A stretch of DNA of 63,326 nt, the filler included. It is 9 parts of 9 records of this genome, joined end to end, with 100 filler letters (N's around TTAATTAATTAA, not from the genome) between each part and the next. Parts side by side here need not be neighbours in the genome. Positions count along the whole stretch, not along the records: positions 25,303 to 32,378 come from SRR31156797_60338; positions 32,479 to 39,549 come from SRR31156797_60355; 7 more parts are not named here. One strand, 5' to 3'. Each line of letters opens with the position of its first letter. Position 1 is the first letter of the stretch. A model generated the notes under the pieces. The model made no database searches and was not told the origin of the DNA. It saw only the letters and a list, made by a program, of their open reading frames with translations. Made by a program: the position numbers and the translations under genes. This document shows, piece by piece, positions 28,855-38,795 of the stretch.

Positions 28855-31095
28855 ATGAGTCAATGGTATAAAACAGGATGTGTATTGTGCGCTCAAAACT
28901 GCGGCTTGGAAGCCCTGGTCGAAGACGGGCGCATGACCCGCATTCGCCCTGATAAGGATAATGTAAAAAGTGAAGGTTATGTCTGCCGCAAGGGATTGAA
29001 TGTCATTTACCACCAGTATCCCAAGGATCGGCTGACCCAACCTCTCAAGCGCGTCGGCGACAAGTTTGAACCAATATCCTGGGAACAGGCTGTTGATGAA
29101 ATTTCCGAAAAAATGGGTTCTCTGGTCGAAAAACACGGGCCGCGCTGTCTGGCTTACATGGGCGGAGGCGCCCAGGGAGGCCACTTCGAAGCGGCTTTCG
29201 GCGTCCGAATGATTCGCGCCTTGGGGTCCCAATACTACTATTCCTCGGCCGGCCAGGAATTCAGCGGCCATTGGTGGGTGACCGGACGGGTGCTGGGCAA
29301 GCAATACAACATTGCCGTCCCGGACGAGCACAACACCGAAATGATGATTGCCTGGGGCTGGAACGGCATGATGAGCCACCAGATGCCCCAGGCCCGTAAG
29401 GTCCTTAAAGGATTCAGCAAGGATCCCGACCGGCTCCTGATTTCCATCGACCCGCGCAAAAGCGAAACCGCGGCCATTGCCGATATGCATTTACCGGTCA
29501 GGCCGGGAACCGACGCCCTATTGATGAAAGCCATGCTGGCCATAATCATTGAAGAAGGGTGGGAAGATAAGGAATACATAGAAAAAATCGTGGAAGGATG
29601 GGACGTGGTCCGACCGTGGTTTGAAGGTTTCGATTACAAGGCCGCCCTTGACGTCTGTACGCTGGAATACAACCAGGTCAAGGAACTATGCCGCCTGATG
29701 ACTACAAGGAAATGCAGCCTGCATCCCGACCTGGGCATATACATGGGCCGCACCAGCACGCTTAATTCATACCTTCTGCACATTTTGGGGGCAGCCTGCG
29801 GCGTTTTCGGTGAAAAAGGCGGAAATGTCATTCCGGGCATGATCATGCCCATGGGCTACCATGCCGACGAAAGGGATCCCAAGGTCTGGAAAACCATGGC
29901 CGCGGAAATGCCTCCTGTTGCGGCCGGCTCCTTTCCGCCGGCGGTAATGCCTGAAGAAATAATGAGCGATCATCCCGAGCGTCTTCGCGCCGTGTACATT
30001 AGCGCCTGCAACCCTTTACGGGCCTATCCCGACACCACCGCGTATGAAGAAGCATTTGCCGAACTTGATCTTTTAGTAGTAAATGAAATCGTAATGAGCG
30101 AAACAGCGCGTTTGGCTCATTACGTTCTGCCTTGCCGCACCTTCTACGAGGCCTGGGACGGCACTTTCTTTCCCATGACCTACCCGGGCGTCCATTTTCA
30201 AATGAGAAGGCCTATTGTCGACCCGCCGGGGGACTGCCTGGAAGCCTCTCAGATATTTACAAAAATCGCCGACAAGCTCGGCCTGATTCCGGATATACCC
30301 CAAGAGCTGCAAGATGCCGCCGAAGGAGACCGTCTTACCTTTGGCGCCAAACTGATGGAATGGGCCGGGACCGAGCCCAAGGCCCTTCCCAACATGCCCT
30401 TTGTTCTGGCTAAAACCCTGGGCCGCGTCTGGGGCAGCGCCAACAAGGCCGCCCTGTGGGGCATGCTTATGACCGCGCCCAAGGCCTTTAGAAAAAACGC
30501 GGCCCGCGCCGGCTTTGAACCTGGTCTGGATCAGGGAGACAGAATTTTTCAGAAGATTATTGATACGCCGGAAGGGATCTGGGTCGGCCAAGCCGATGAA
30601 GATGACCTGACGTCCAATTTCAAAACGCCCTCCGGCAAGGTTGAAGTTTTCATTCCGGAAATGGAAGAACAAGCCAAAAACCTCAATCCTGCAAGTGAAC
30701 TGGAAGCCCTGAAAATGCCGGAACAATACCCGCTCATTCTCAACGCCGGGCGTCACATGGACTACAACGCCAATACGCTCATGCGCAACCCGGAATGGAA
30801 CAAGGGGAAAAGGGCCTGCACCGTGGCCGTCAATCCTGCCGACGCTCAGGCCCTTAAACTGGAAGACGGCGCCAGGGTGACGGTCTTTACCGAAGCCGGG
30901 TCCGATACCGGCGAACTTCAGGTCACCGAACAGGTCCGGCAAGGCATGGTTCTTATTCCACACGGCTTCGGCCTCATTTACGGCGACGACGAAGTCTACG
31001 GCATAAATGTGAATAGGTTGACCAAAAACACGCATCGCGACTCCCTGGGAACGCCTCTGCACAGATACGTTCCCTGCCGGGTGGAAGCGGCATGA
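28855..31095 (+). CDS. Mo/W-bisPGD (DMSO reductase family) oxidoreductase, cytoplasmic
   Basis: CVLCAQNCG…C [4Fe-4S], RLTQPLKR, IDPRKSETA, PGTD, VNPADA..L, C-terminal cofactor domain; no Tat signal. Confidence 0.92.
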   Translation: MSQWYKTGCVLCAQNCGLEALVEDGRMTRIRPDKDNVKSEGYVCRKGLNVIYHQYPKDRLTQPLKRVGDKFEPISWEQAVDEISEKMGSLVEKHGPRCLAYMGGGAQGGHFEAAFGVRMIRALGSQYYYSSAGQEFSGHWWVTGRVLGKQYNIAVPDEHNTEMMIAWGWNGMMSHQMPQARKVLKGFSKDPDRLLISIDPRKSETAAIADMHLPVRPGTDALLMKAMLAIIIEEGWEDKEYIEKIVEGWDVVRPWFEGFDYKAALDVCTLEYNQVKELCRLMTTRKCSLHPDLGIYMGRTSTLNSYLLHILGAACGVFGEKGGNVIPGMIMPMGYHADERDPKVWKTMAAEMPPVAAGSFPPAVMPEEIMSDHPERLRAVYISACNPLRAYPDTTAYEEAFAELDLLVVNEIVMSETARLAHYVLPCRTFYEAWDGTFFPMTYPGVHFQMRRPIVDPPGDCLEASQIFTKIADKLGLIPDIPQELQDAAEGDRLTFGAKLMEWAGTEPKALPNMPFVLAKTLGRVWGSANKAALWGMLMTAPKAFRKNAARAGFEPGLDQGDRIFQKIIDTPEGIWVGQADEDDLTSNFKTPSGKVEVFIPEMEEQAKNLNPASELEALKMPEQYPLILNAGRHMDYNANTLMRNPEWNKGKRACTVAVNPADAQALKLEDGARVTVFTEAGSDTGELQVTEQVRQGMVLIPHGFGLIYGDDEVYGINVNRLTKNTHRDSLGTPLHRYVPCRVEAA

Positions 31096-31150
31096 ATGAG
31101 ATAGACCGATAACCCGACCCGGACGACCAACTCGGAAATGGAGGAGACTT

Positions 31151-32239
31151 ATGGCTGAAAATGTCTACTTGAAACTGGCGGAATACCTGGATCAATTTCC
31201 CCTTGGCTACCCCAAAACGTCGTCCGGAGTCGAAATCCGGATACTTGAGCGGCTATTCACTCCTGAGGAAGCGGAAACAGTGATGCTTCTCAGCCCGCTG
31301 CCCGAAGATACGGCAACAATTGCGGCGCGCACCGGAATGGACCCCGGCCCTCTGTCCGGCATGCTGGAAAACATGGCCGACAAAGGCCTTGTATTTCGCA
31401 TTCGTCGCAGGGGCAAAACTCTTTTTCGGTCCGCGCCCTTTATGATCGGGCTGTATGAATATTCAGTCAAAAGAATAGACCGGGAATTGGCTGAACTGTT
31501 CAAACAGTATTATGACGAAGCCTACCAGACCGAAATGGGCCTGAGCAACATTCCCGGATTCAAGGTCATTCCCATTCAGGAAAGATTGCCCGACAATATA
31601 ACCCTGCTTCCGTATCAGAAAATCGAAGAAGGCATACGTACGGCCCGAGTCATTTCCGTGGCTGACTGCGTTTGCCGCAAGGAAAACAAACTGTCCGGTC
31701 ACGACTGCGGGCATCCCCTGGAAACCTGTCTCAGTTTCGGGGCTGCCGCCGAATTCTACATAGAAAGCGGGCTTGGCCGGGAAGTTTCCGCGGATGAAGC
31801 AATCAGCATCTTAAAAAAAGCGGATGACGCCGGCCTGGTTCATGCCGGGGCCAATGCCAAGCATCTTTCCAACATCTGCAATTGCTGCCCTTGCTGTTGC
31901 GCGTCCATGAAAGGCATGGTTGAAAAAGGCCATGACAAGCGTAAATACATGAACGCGGTGTTTGAAGCTATTATTGACGAAGACCTTTGCACTCTGTGTG
32001 AAAACTGCCTGGATCGCTGCCCGGTCAAAGCCATAAGCATTGAAGATACGGCAATCGTTAACCGCGACGTATGCCTTGGCTGCGGCCTTTGCGCCGGCGT
32101 CTGCCCCTCGGAGGCAATAATAATGCAGCTTCGTGAGGATCGAGAAGAACCTTACGAAAAAGCCGCGGACCTTTTCCTGGCGATATTGGAAGCGAAAAAG
32201 CGGAATATGGCTACGGACGAAAGTGAGAATCCAGTGTAA
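31151..32239 (+). CDS. Polyferredoxin/4Fe-4S binding protein with N-terminal HTH-like region
   Basis: CVCRK…C…CL, NICNCCPCCC, two CxxCxxCxxxCP motifs. Confidence 0.88.
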   Translation: MAENVYLKLAEYLDQFPLGYPKTSSGVEIRILERLFTPEEAETVMLLSPLPEDTATIAARTGMDPGPLSGMLENMADKGLVFRIRRRGKTLFRSAPFMIGLYEYSVKRIDRELAELFKQYYDEAYQTEMGLSNIPGFKVIPIQERLPDNITLLPYQKIEEGIRTARVISVADCVCRKENKLSGHDCGHPLETCLSFGAAAEFYIESGLGREVSADEAISILKKADDAGLVHAGANAKHLSNICNCCPCCCASMKGMVEKGHDKRKYMNAVFEAIIDEDLCTLCENCLDRCPVKAISIEDTAIVNRDVCLGCGLCAGVCPSEAIIMQLREDREEPYEKAADLFLAILEAKKRNMATDESENPV

Positions 32240-32378
32240 ATTGATCGGCGGAGTTATTGCCCTTTTGCCTCTCGAAATATTTTCAATATTAGTGTATGAA
32301 AAGGGATGTTGATTTGCCTGGCTTACGGGGGGCATCCCGTGAAGGGTGTATTCGGGTCATTTTCGGCGGAGCCGAATA

Positions 32379-32478
32379 NNNNNNNNNNNNNNNNNNNNNN
32401 NNNNNNNNNNNNNNNNNNNNNNTTAATTAATTAANNNNNNNNNNNNNNNNNNNNNNNNNNNNNNNNNNNNNNNNNNNN
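32379..32478. other. Artificial contig spacer
   Basis: N run + TTAATTAATTAA + N run. Confidence 0.98.
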
Positions 32479-32479
32479 C

Positions 32480-34330
32480 CACCCGGACCAGGAGCGGATC
32501 GTGTCCTCGGATGCCAGGAAGAACGTGCTGGTGCTGGCGGGGCCGGGCTCGGGCAAGACCCGGACCGTGGTGCACCGCTGTGCCTGGCTCCTCAGGGTCA
32601 AGCGGGTGGCCCCGGGATCGGTGCTCATGCTCTGCTACAACCACAATGCCGCCACCCTGATCCGGAAACGGCTGTTCGCCCTTGCCGGCACCGATGCCAG
32701 GGGCGTGTCGGTGATGACTTTCCACGGCCTTGCCCTGAACATCACGGGACGGGCCCTGGAGGGAAAGGACCCGGATCTCACCGCCTGGTTCGAAGGGATC
32801 ATTGTGGAGGCGGGCGATATCCTTTCGGGCAAAAAGGAGCTGCCGGGGATAGCGCCGGACGAAATCCGGGATCGAATCCTTGCGGGCTATGAATACATCC
32901 TCGTGGACGAGTACCAGGACATTGACCAGGCCCAGTACGACCTGATTTCGGCCGTGGCCGGCCGCACCCTGAAAGACAAGGGCGGCAAGCTTGCCATCAT
33001 GGCGGTGGGGGACGACGACCAGTCCATCTACGGGTTCAGGAACGCAAGCGTCCGGTTCATCCGAAAGTTCCGGGAGGACTACAACGCCACCGTTTTCCAT
33101 CTCACCGACAACTTCCGGTCGGGCAGGGACCTCATCGAGCTCTCCAACACATTGATCCGGGCCAACACCGACCGGATGAAGACCGGCTTTCCCATTCGCC
33201 CGGCAGGCAAGGTTGAAAAGGGGGGTGGGGAGATCCGCTGCTATCTTGCCCAAAGCCCGTTGCACCAGGCCGGTATCCTCTGCCGTGAGATCCGCGGTCT
33301 CAGGGGGGCGGGGGAGAAATTTGATTACAGCGGAGTGGCGGTGCTTTCACGGAACGGCATGGACCATGACATGCTTGCCTTTGCCCGGAGCCTGCTGGAA
33401 CGGGAGGGGATTCCCGTGAGCATTCCCCTGCCGCGAAGCAGCGGCTTTTCTCCCTTTAAAGTCAGGGAAATCGTCGAATACCTTGCCATGCTCCTTGAGC
33501 GCCAGGACGCGCTTTCCCGGGCGTCCGTACTCATGGCGGAATACAGTGAACGTCTGGCAGGTCCCCCCAACACCTGGCAGCGGCTCATCCTGGAGGGACT
33601 TTCCTCGTTTCAGGCGGAGACCGGGGATGCCGAGGTCTCCCTGTTTCTGGCCCACCAGTTTTTAACCCGGCTGCTGGCGGAACAGAAGCGGGAACAGCGC
33701 CTGGGTACCGGGGTGTTCCTCGGAACGGTCCACAGCGCCAAGGGCCTTGAGTTCTCCCATGTGTTCATCCTGGACGGGGGGTGGGGATCGCCATTAAAAC
33801 TTGAAGAGATGGAGGAGGAGCGGCGGCTCTTTTATGTGGCCATGACAAGGGCCAAACGCTTTCTCGGCCTGTTTCGCCTCGCTAACCAGTGCAACCCCCA
33901 CCTTGCGATCCTTGACCGGGACCATGATCTGATATTCGTGTCTTCCCCGGTCCGGCAGGATGCCCAGGCCCCGTCCCTTATGGCCCACCGGATTATCGGG
34001 CTCAAGGAGCTCTTCCTCGACTTTGCGGGCCGCTGCCGTTCCGGCCATCCGGTGCACACCGCCCTGGCGGGCCTCAATGCGGGAGACGACTTAGGGCTTG
34101 ATGTTGTCAACGAAAGGCTCTGCCTGGTAACCCCGTCCGGAACGCCCGTGGCAGTCCTTGCCGCCGGTGCCCGGGAAGAGTGGGGCAGGCTTTTGACACG
34201 GGTCCGGCAGGCACGGGTGATCGCCATGGTGAAGCGGCGCCGGTCGGATTGCAGCGGCGGATTCGAGGAAAAGATCCTGTGCGACGCCTGGGAGATCCCC
34301 ATTGTCGAGGTGGGCCTGGCGTCCTCCTGA
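32480..34330 (+). CDS. UvrD/Rep-like SF1 helicase domain (5' truncated; possibly the C-terminus of a larger fusion)
   Basis: AGPGSGKT, VDEYQD, VGDDDQSIYGFR, NFRS, TVHSAKGLEF, EERRLFYVAMTRA; frame open from contig start. Confidence 0.9.
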   Translation, partial: HPDQERIVSSDARKNVLVLAGPGSGKTRTVVHRCAWLLRVKRVAPGSVLMLCYNHNAATLIRKRLFALAGTDARGVSVMTFHGLALNITGRALEGKDPDLTAWFEGIIVEAGDILSGKKELPGIAPDEIRDRILAGYEYILVDEYQDIDQAQYDLISAVAGRTLKDKGGKLAIMAVGDDDQSIYGFRNASVRFIRKFREDYNATVFHLTDNFRSGRDLIELSNTLIRANTDRMKTGFPIRPAGKVEKGGGEIRCYLAQSPLHQAGILCREIRGLRGAGEKFDYSGVAVLSRNGMDHDMLAFARSLLEREGIPVSIPLPRSSGFSPFKVREIVEYLAMLLERQDALSRASVLMAEYSERLAGPPNTWQRLILEGLSSFQAETGDAEVSLFLAHQFLTRLLAEQKREQRLGTGVFLGTVHSAKGLEFSHVFILDGGWGSPLKLEEMEEERRLFYVAMTRAKRFLGLFRLANQCNPHLAILDRDHDLIFVSSPVRQDAQAPSLMAHRIIGLKELFLDFAGRCRSGHPVHTALAGLNAGDDLGLDVVNERLCLVTPSGTPVAVLAAGAREEWGRLLTRVRQARVIAMVKRRRSDCSGGFEEKILCDAWEIPIVEVGLASS

Positions 34331-34376
34331 GGGGCGTTTATTGTCTGCGAATTTATAACCAACAAGGAAAATACCA

Positions 34377-36407
34377 TTGAAATCCAACCATATGTATGAA
34401 CGCCATAATGAAGTGTTCAAGTCCGAATATGAAACCCGCCTTAAGGCAATCCACGCCATCGTGGCGGCATCCAGAGCGCAGGAGGATCCCTTTGGGGCCT
34501 ATTTTGCGGCGACCGGGGAGCGGCTCATCCAGGCCTCCCAACTGGAAGCGGGGCTGAAAGATGGCACCCGGGCGGACATGGACCTGGAGCAATTGAAAAC
34601 GGAGAACCTTGAGCGGTACGGGGACCTTTTGCCGGGAAATTATGGCAGGAGCCTTGCCAATCCCGTCCATTGCGTGGAACGGTTCGGAGACGCCTTTGGC
34701 CCGCTGTTGTCCCATATCCATGTGCAGGTCCGGCAATGTTTCGCATATGCCCATGACCATAAACGATTCCGAATGGCCGGGGTGTTTTCCCTGTTTCTCC
34801 ATGCCCATGACGCCGTGAAAAAACAGGACGTAAAGGCGTTGAAGCAGGCGGTGATCGATTATCAGGATGACCGGATTCCCTTTGATGCCGAAGCGCTGAT
34901 CCGGGAGACCCATGGGGCACAGAACATGCGGTTGACGGATATTACCTTGAATGCCGATCTGTCGGACCTGCGGTGTCTGTACGATTACGGGGTGTACATT
35001 ACGGACCATGAGATCCGGACCGCAACCTTTTTAAGCCGGTATCCCGGGGACAAGCTGGAAAAACTCGCAAGTACGATTGTAAAGGCATACATTGAGGGGT
35101 TTCGGCGGGAGAACAAGGATATCAGTCTGCGCCATAATGTGCGGATCGTTGCCAATGCCGGCCAGGAACGGCTCACCCGCCGCATTATTCAGCTGATGAA
35201 GGAGAACGATCTGAACGGGTATGTGGGCGAAATCGCCACCACGGCCGTCAACCGGCAGTACGGGTATGATCATAAATTTGACATGGGGCTGTACCTCACG
35301 GACGCCTATGTCCAGGCGTCCCTGAACTCGAGACGGGAAAAAGCGAACGCCTTTGAACCCCTGATCCGGGATTATTCCGGGGTTCTCTTTGTGGAGCGGT
35401 TTGGTGAAGCCCCTTTCACGCCGGAGGGCAACCGGGCAAGGGTGACCCTGACGGCGAAACAGCAGGGGCTCTTCCAGAAACTGATGGGGGAACATCGCCG
35501 GCTCATTGAAGCGTATGTTCCGGAAAAGGAGCGCAGCTTCTGTATCGTGGCGTTTCCAACCCCTGAAATCGGAGCGCGGTTTGAAGCGATATTTGAAGAT
35601 ACGGCCCGGATCAATATGCAAAGCAGCCATGCGTTTGAGAAGGTTCAAAAGCGGATCATCGACGCCCTTGACAAGGGCTCAAGGGTCCATGTGCTTGGCA
35701 GGGGAGCCAATGAGACGGACATGGTCGTTGCCCTGGGCACCCTTGAAAATCCTGAAAAGCAGACCAACTTCGCCAATTGTGTGGCCGACGTCAACATCCC
35801 GGTGGGGGAGGTGTTTACATCCCCTGTCCTGAAAAATACCCAAGGGATGCTTCACCTTGAAACCGTGTACCTCGACGGGTTCAATTACAAGGATCTCAAG
35901 CTCACCTTCCAAGACGGCTATGTCACGGATTACACCTGTGCCAATTTTGAGGATGAGGCCGCCAATAAAAAGTATATTCAGGAGAACCTGCTGTTTCCCC
36001 ATGAGACCCTTCCCTTGGGCGAGTTCGCCATCGGCACCAACACCCTGGCCTATGTGATCGCGGAGAAATACGATATCCGGGATAAGCTGCCCATCCTGAT
36101 CGTGGAAAAGATGGGGCCCCATTTTGCCCTGGGGGACACCTGTTTCTCTTTCTGTGAAGACAATCCGGTCCATAACGCCATCGACGGCAAGGAGATCGTG
36201 GCCCGGGACAATGAGCGGTCCATTCTCCGCAGGGAAGATATCGCTAAGGCGTATACCAATTGCCATACGGATATTACGCTTCCCTATGGGGGCCTGGCGC
36301 GAATTGCGGTCCTGACGGACGCGGGCGATGAAATAGAGATTCTCCGGGACGGCCGGTTCGTTCTCGACGGCACTGGGATGCTGAACGAGCCCTTTGATCA
36401 AAAATAG
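34377..36407 (+). CDS. Aminopeptidase (M29/thermophilic metallopeptidase-like)
   Basis: NIPVGEVFTSP, GEFAIGTN, EK.GPHFALGD, HTD in the C-terminal half. Confidence 0.8.
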   Translation: MKSNHMYERHNEVFKSEYETRLKAIHAIVAASRAQEDPFGAYFAATGERLIQASQLEAGLKDGTRADMDLEQLKTENLERYGDLLPGNYGRSLANPVHCVERFGDAFGPLLSHIHVQVRQCFAYAHDHKRFRMAGVFSLFLHAHDAVKKQDVKALKQAVIDYQDDRIPFDAEALIRETHGAQNMRLTDITLNADLSDLRCLYDYGVYITDHEIRTATFLSRYPGDKLEKLASTIVKAYIEGFRRENKDISLRHNVRIVANAGQERLTRRIIQLMKENDLNGYVGEIATTAVNRQYGYDHKFDMGLYLTDAYVQASLNSRREKANAFEPLIRDYSGVLFVERFGEAPFTPEGNRARVTLTAKQQGLFQKLMGEHRRLIEAYVPEKERSFCIVAFPTPEIGARFEAIFEDTARINMQSSHAFEKVQKRIIDALDKGSRVHVLGRGANETDMVVALGTLENPEKQTNFANCVADVNIPVGEVFTSPVLKNTQGMLHLETVYLDGFNYKDLKLTFQDGYVTDYTCANFEDEAANKKYIQENLLFPHETLPLGEFAIGTNTLAYVIAEKYDIRDKLPILIVEKMGPHFALGDTCFSFCEDNPVHNAIDGKEIVARDNERSILRREDIAKAYTNCHTDITLPYGGLARIAVLTDAGDEIEILRDGRFVLDGTGMLNEPFDQK

Positions 36408-36484
36408 ATTACGAATTGACATGACGCCTGATTCTGATACAAGGGGGCAGGATTTATTTTAACCCCCAATAGCGGAGACAACCC

Positions 36485-36847
36485 ATGATTGATAACGGCG
36501 GAGCACCCAGCAGTAACGATTTTGTAGTGGACAAGGATAACCTCTATCGTGAGGAGTCTGTCACAGACCTCAAGATTGCCACCATACGGCAGCTGGTGCC
36601 TGTGAAGCTTGACGGCTCCAGGGACACCAGCCGGGAAATCATTTTCCTGGGCAGCACCCAGCTCGGCACCCCCCAGGGTCCGATCCCCATGCAGGCAACC
36701 CTTGAAGCCACCACACTTGAAGAAGCCCTGGATCAGTTCCCGAAAGCCATGGAAGCCGAAACCAAGCAGGTCATCGAGAATCTGAAGCGGCTCCATGAGC
36801 AGCAGAAAAAAGCTGACGACTCCAGGATTATCATGCCTGGAATGTAA
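36485..36847 (+). CDS. Conserved hypothetical cytoplasmic protein
   Basis: GGAG RBS, NLYREE..TDLK, C-terminal SRIIMPG; fills the gap between genes. Confidence 0.75.
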   Translation: MIDNGGAPSSNDFVVDKDNLYREESVTDLKIATIRQLVPVKLDGSRDTSREIIFLGSTQLGTPQGPIPMQATLEATTLEEALDQFPKAMEAETKQVIENLKRLHEQQKKADDSRIIMPGM

Positions 36848-36915
36848 TCCGGCGGTGTAATTGGCCGAAAATATCTGAATTGATATGGAGTCCCCTGTCA
36901 TCTTGATTTTTTGAA

Positions 36916-37152
36916 TCAATGACCCGGGGACTCTTTCCTTAAATCCCTGACCAGCTCTGCCAGGTCAAGACCGTATTTCTCCGCCACATCTTCAAGGGTA
37001 TCAAACAGGGCATTACAGCAGATGCACTCTCCGGCCATGGCATCGTAGCGTTTGAACACTGCCTGGGTTGCGTTATGGGCTGCCACCACATCCAGGACCG
37101 TCATGGAAGGAACGATCACGGGTTTTTTATGATGTTTTTTATCCTGTTTCAT
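36916..37152 (-). CDS. Small Cys-containing protein (DUF1858-like)
   Basis: MTVLDVV…VF…ECICC..LFDTLEDVA..YGLD; overlaps the upstream gene. Confidence 0.7.
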   Translation of the reverse strand: MKQDKKHHKKPVIVPSMTVLDVVAAHNATQAVFKRYDAMAGECICCNALFDTLEDVAEKYGLDLAELVRDLRKESPGH

Positions 37153-38008
37153 TAGCGTTCAGCACCTGGTCAAGGGCCCTTGGTATTTCCCGGATCACTT
37201 CAATGATTTGGGTGGCGGGGGTGGGATCGGCATGGAATCCGGCCAGCCGGTTGGCCTTTGCCGCCATCCGTGCCGCTTTGGGAATGGCCATCCCTGCGGC
37301 CACCAGGGCCGTTGCAATGCCGGTCAGGGTGTCCCCGGTTCCCCCCATGGCCTCCATGGCCGCCACCACCGGGGCGTTCACCGTGGCGATCACCCCGCCT
37401 GCATCGGCCACATGGTCCTCACCTCCCTTTACCAGGAGATACCGGGCCCCGTTTTCATGGAGATAGGCCCGTTGGATGAGGTCTTCCACCTTATTGTTAT
37501 CATGGAGAATGAATCCCCGGGTGTAAAAGGGGTGGGGGGCGGTCTCATCGGCCAGGAAGGCAAGCTCCCCCGCATCCGGGGTGAAAAGGTCGTAGAACCC
37601 GGCCTGGCCGCTCATCTTGGCCGCATACATGAACCCTGCGTCCGCAATCATCACCGGTTTTTTCGCCATGGCCTCCACGGCAAACACGATCTTGTTGTGC
37701 CAGTCCACATCCGGTTGCAGGTAGTGGAAGGCCATGGTGTGAATCGCCATTGCTGGAAGGGTTTCGGTGAGGTGGCGGTAGAGTTTCCGGCTGCCCTTGC
37801 CAAGCCCGGTATCCCCCACCAGGAATCCTGTGACGTCTCGACCGCCCAGGGCCTCACAGGTCTTTATGGCGGCCCCGAGCAGTGCGGGGGTGCCCCGGTT
37901 CACCAATACATTTTTGCCGTCAATGGTAAGCGTGCCGTTCTCCAGGGTCACTTTGCCGGACACCAGGGGAAATTCCAGGTCCGGGACGGTTCCTATGATT
38001 GCAAGCAT
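37139..38008 (-). CDS. YjeF-C/ribokinase-fold protein (NAD(P)HX dehydratase- or sugar kinase-like)
   Basis: IADAG, FTPDAGEL, LLVKG, GGTGDTLTG. Confidence 0.75.
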   Translation of the reverse strand: MLAIIGTVPDLEFPLVSGKVTLENGTLTIDGKNVLVNRGTPALLGAAIKTCEALGGRDVTGFLVGDTGLGKGSRKLYRHLTETLPAMAIHTMAFHYLQPDVDWHNKIVFAVEAMAKKPVMIADAGFMYAAKMSGQAGFYDLFTPDAGELAFLADETAPHPFYTRGFILHDNNKVEDLIQRAYLHENGARYLLVKGGEDHVADAGGVIATVNAPVVAAMEAMGGTGDTLTGIATALVAAGMAIPKAARMAAKANRLAGFHADPTPATQIIEVIREIPRALDQVLNANETG

Positions 38009-38553
38009 TGTCTCTCCATTTCCTGGAGGGCAAGTTCCAGGGCGTAGCCGCAGAGGGTATGCCCCTTGGCGGCGGGCCGGGGCGCGGTTTCAAGGGATTG
38101 GCCGACCATTATTTGGGCAAGGTAGGGGACGTCCGGGCACCCGCCCCCGGAGACATTGACGATCATCCGGCTTTTTTTCTCCACGGTCAGCTTCATGTTG
38201 GCCGCCCTCACCATGAGATAGTCCCCGAAATCCTTGAGATGAAAGAGGTCCACCGGTGTCAGCAACGGGTCTGTCACCGGGACCATTTGAATGGGGGGGA
38301 TGCCTTCTTGCTCAAGGAGCCGGCAAAGGTGGAGCTCCTCGATCAGGGGAAACTCGATCACAAGATCGCATCCGGTCCGGAGCTCCGGGGGCGGCCCCAT
38401 CACCCGGATTTGCCACCCCTTGGCCTTGAGAACCCGTTCGGCCTGGATCACTTCGCTGGTGTTTTCGAACACGAGGATACCGAGATCCTCCCCCTTTTTT
38501 TTCGGCTGCTTGCTTTTCTTTTTCTTGAACAGACCCTTGAACAAAACGGTCAT
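37993..38553 (-). CDS. DUF3343 domain protein
   Basis: FENTSEVIQAE..LK…PPPELRTGCDL, plus GGGCPD and TLCGY. Confidence 0.75.
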   Translation of the reverse strand: MTVLFKGLFKKKKSKQPKKKGEDLGILVFENTSEVIQAERVLKAKGWQIRVMGPPPELRTGCDLVIEFPLIEELHLCRLLEQEGIPPIQMVPVTDPLLTPVDLFHLKDFGDYLMVRAANMKLTVEKKSRMIVNVSGGGCPDVPYLAQIMVGQSLETAPRPAAKGHTLCGYALELALQEMERQCLQS

Positions 38554-38566
38554 CCTCCGGCGATGA

Positions 38567-38785
38567 TTAATTCCTTACAATGGAGATCCGGTATTCCTCC
38601 CCATCCTGGGAGACCTCCCTGACCCGGCAGCCCTGGGTTGCGGCCGCCCGGGAGACGTTCTCCCTTGAGGCTTCGTTGTCCACCACTACGATGATTTCGC
38701 TGTTATTTCCTTTTTTGATCTCGTCCATGGTCATCAGGACCGGCTGGGGACAGGAGAGTCCCCTTGCATCGATGGTTGTACTCAT
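38567..38785 (-). CDS. TusA/SirA/YedF family sulfur (selenium) carrier
   Basis: IDARGLSCPQPV, VVDN..S.ENV. Confidence 0.92.
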   Translation of the reverse strand: MSTTIDARGLSCPQPVLMTMDEIKKGNNSEIIVVVDNEASRENVSRAAATQGCRVREVSQDGEEYRISIVRN

Positions 38786-38795
38786 TTTTTGGCTC

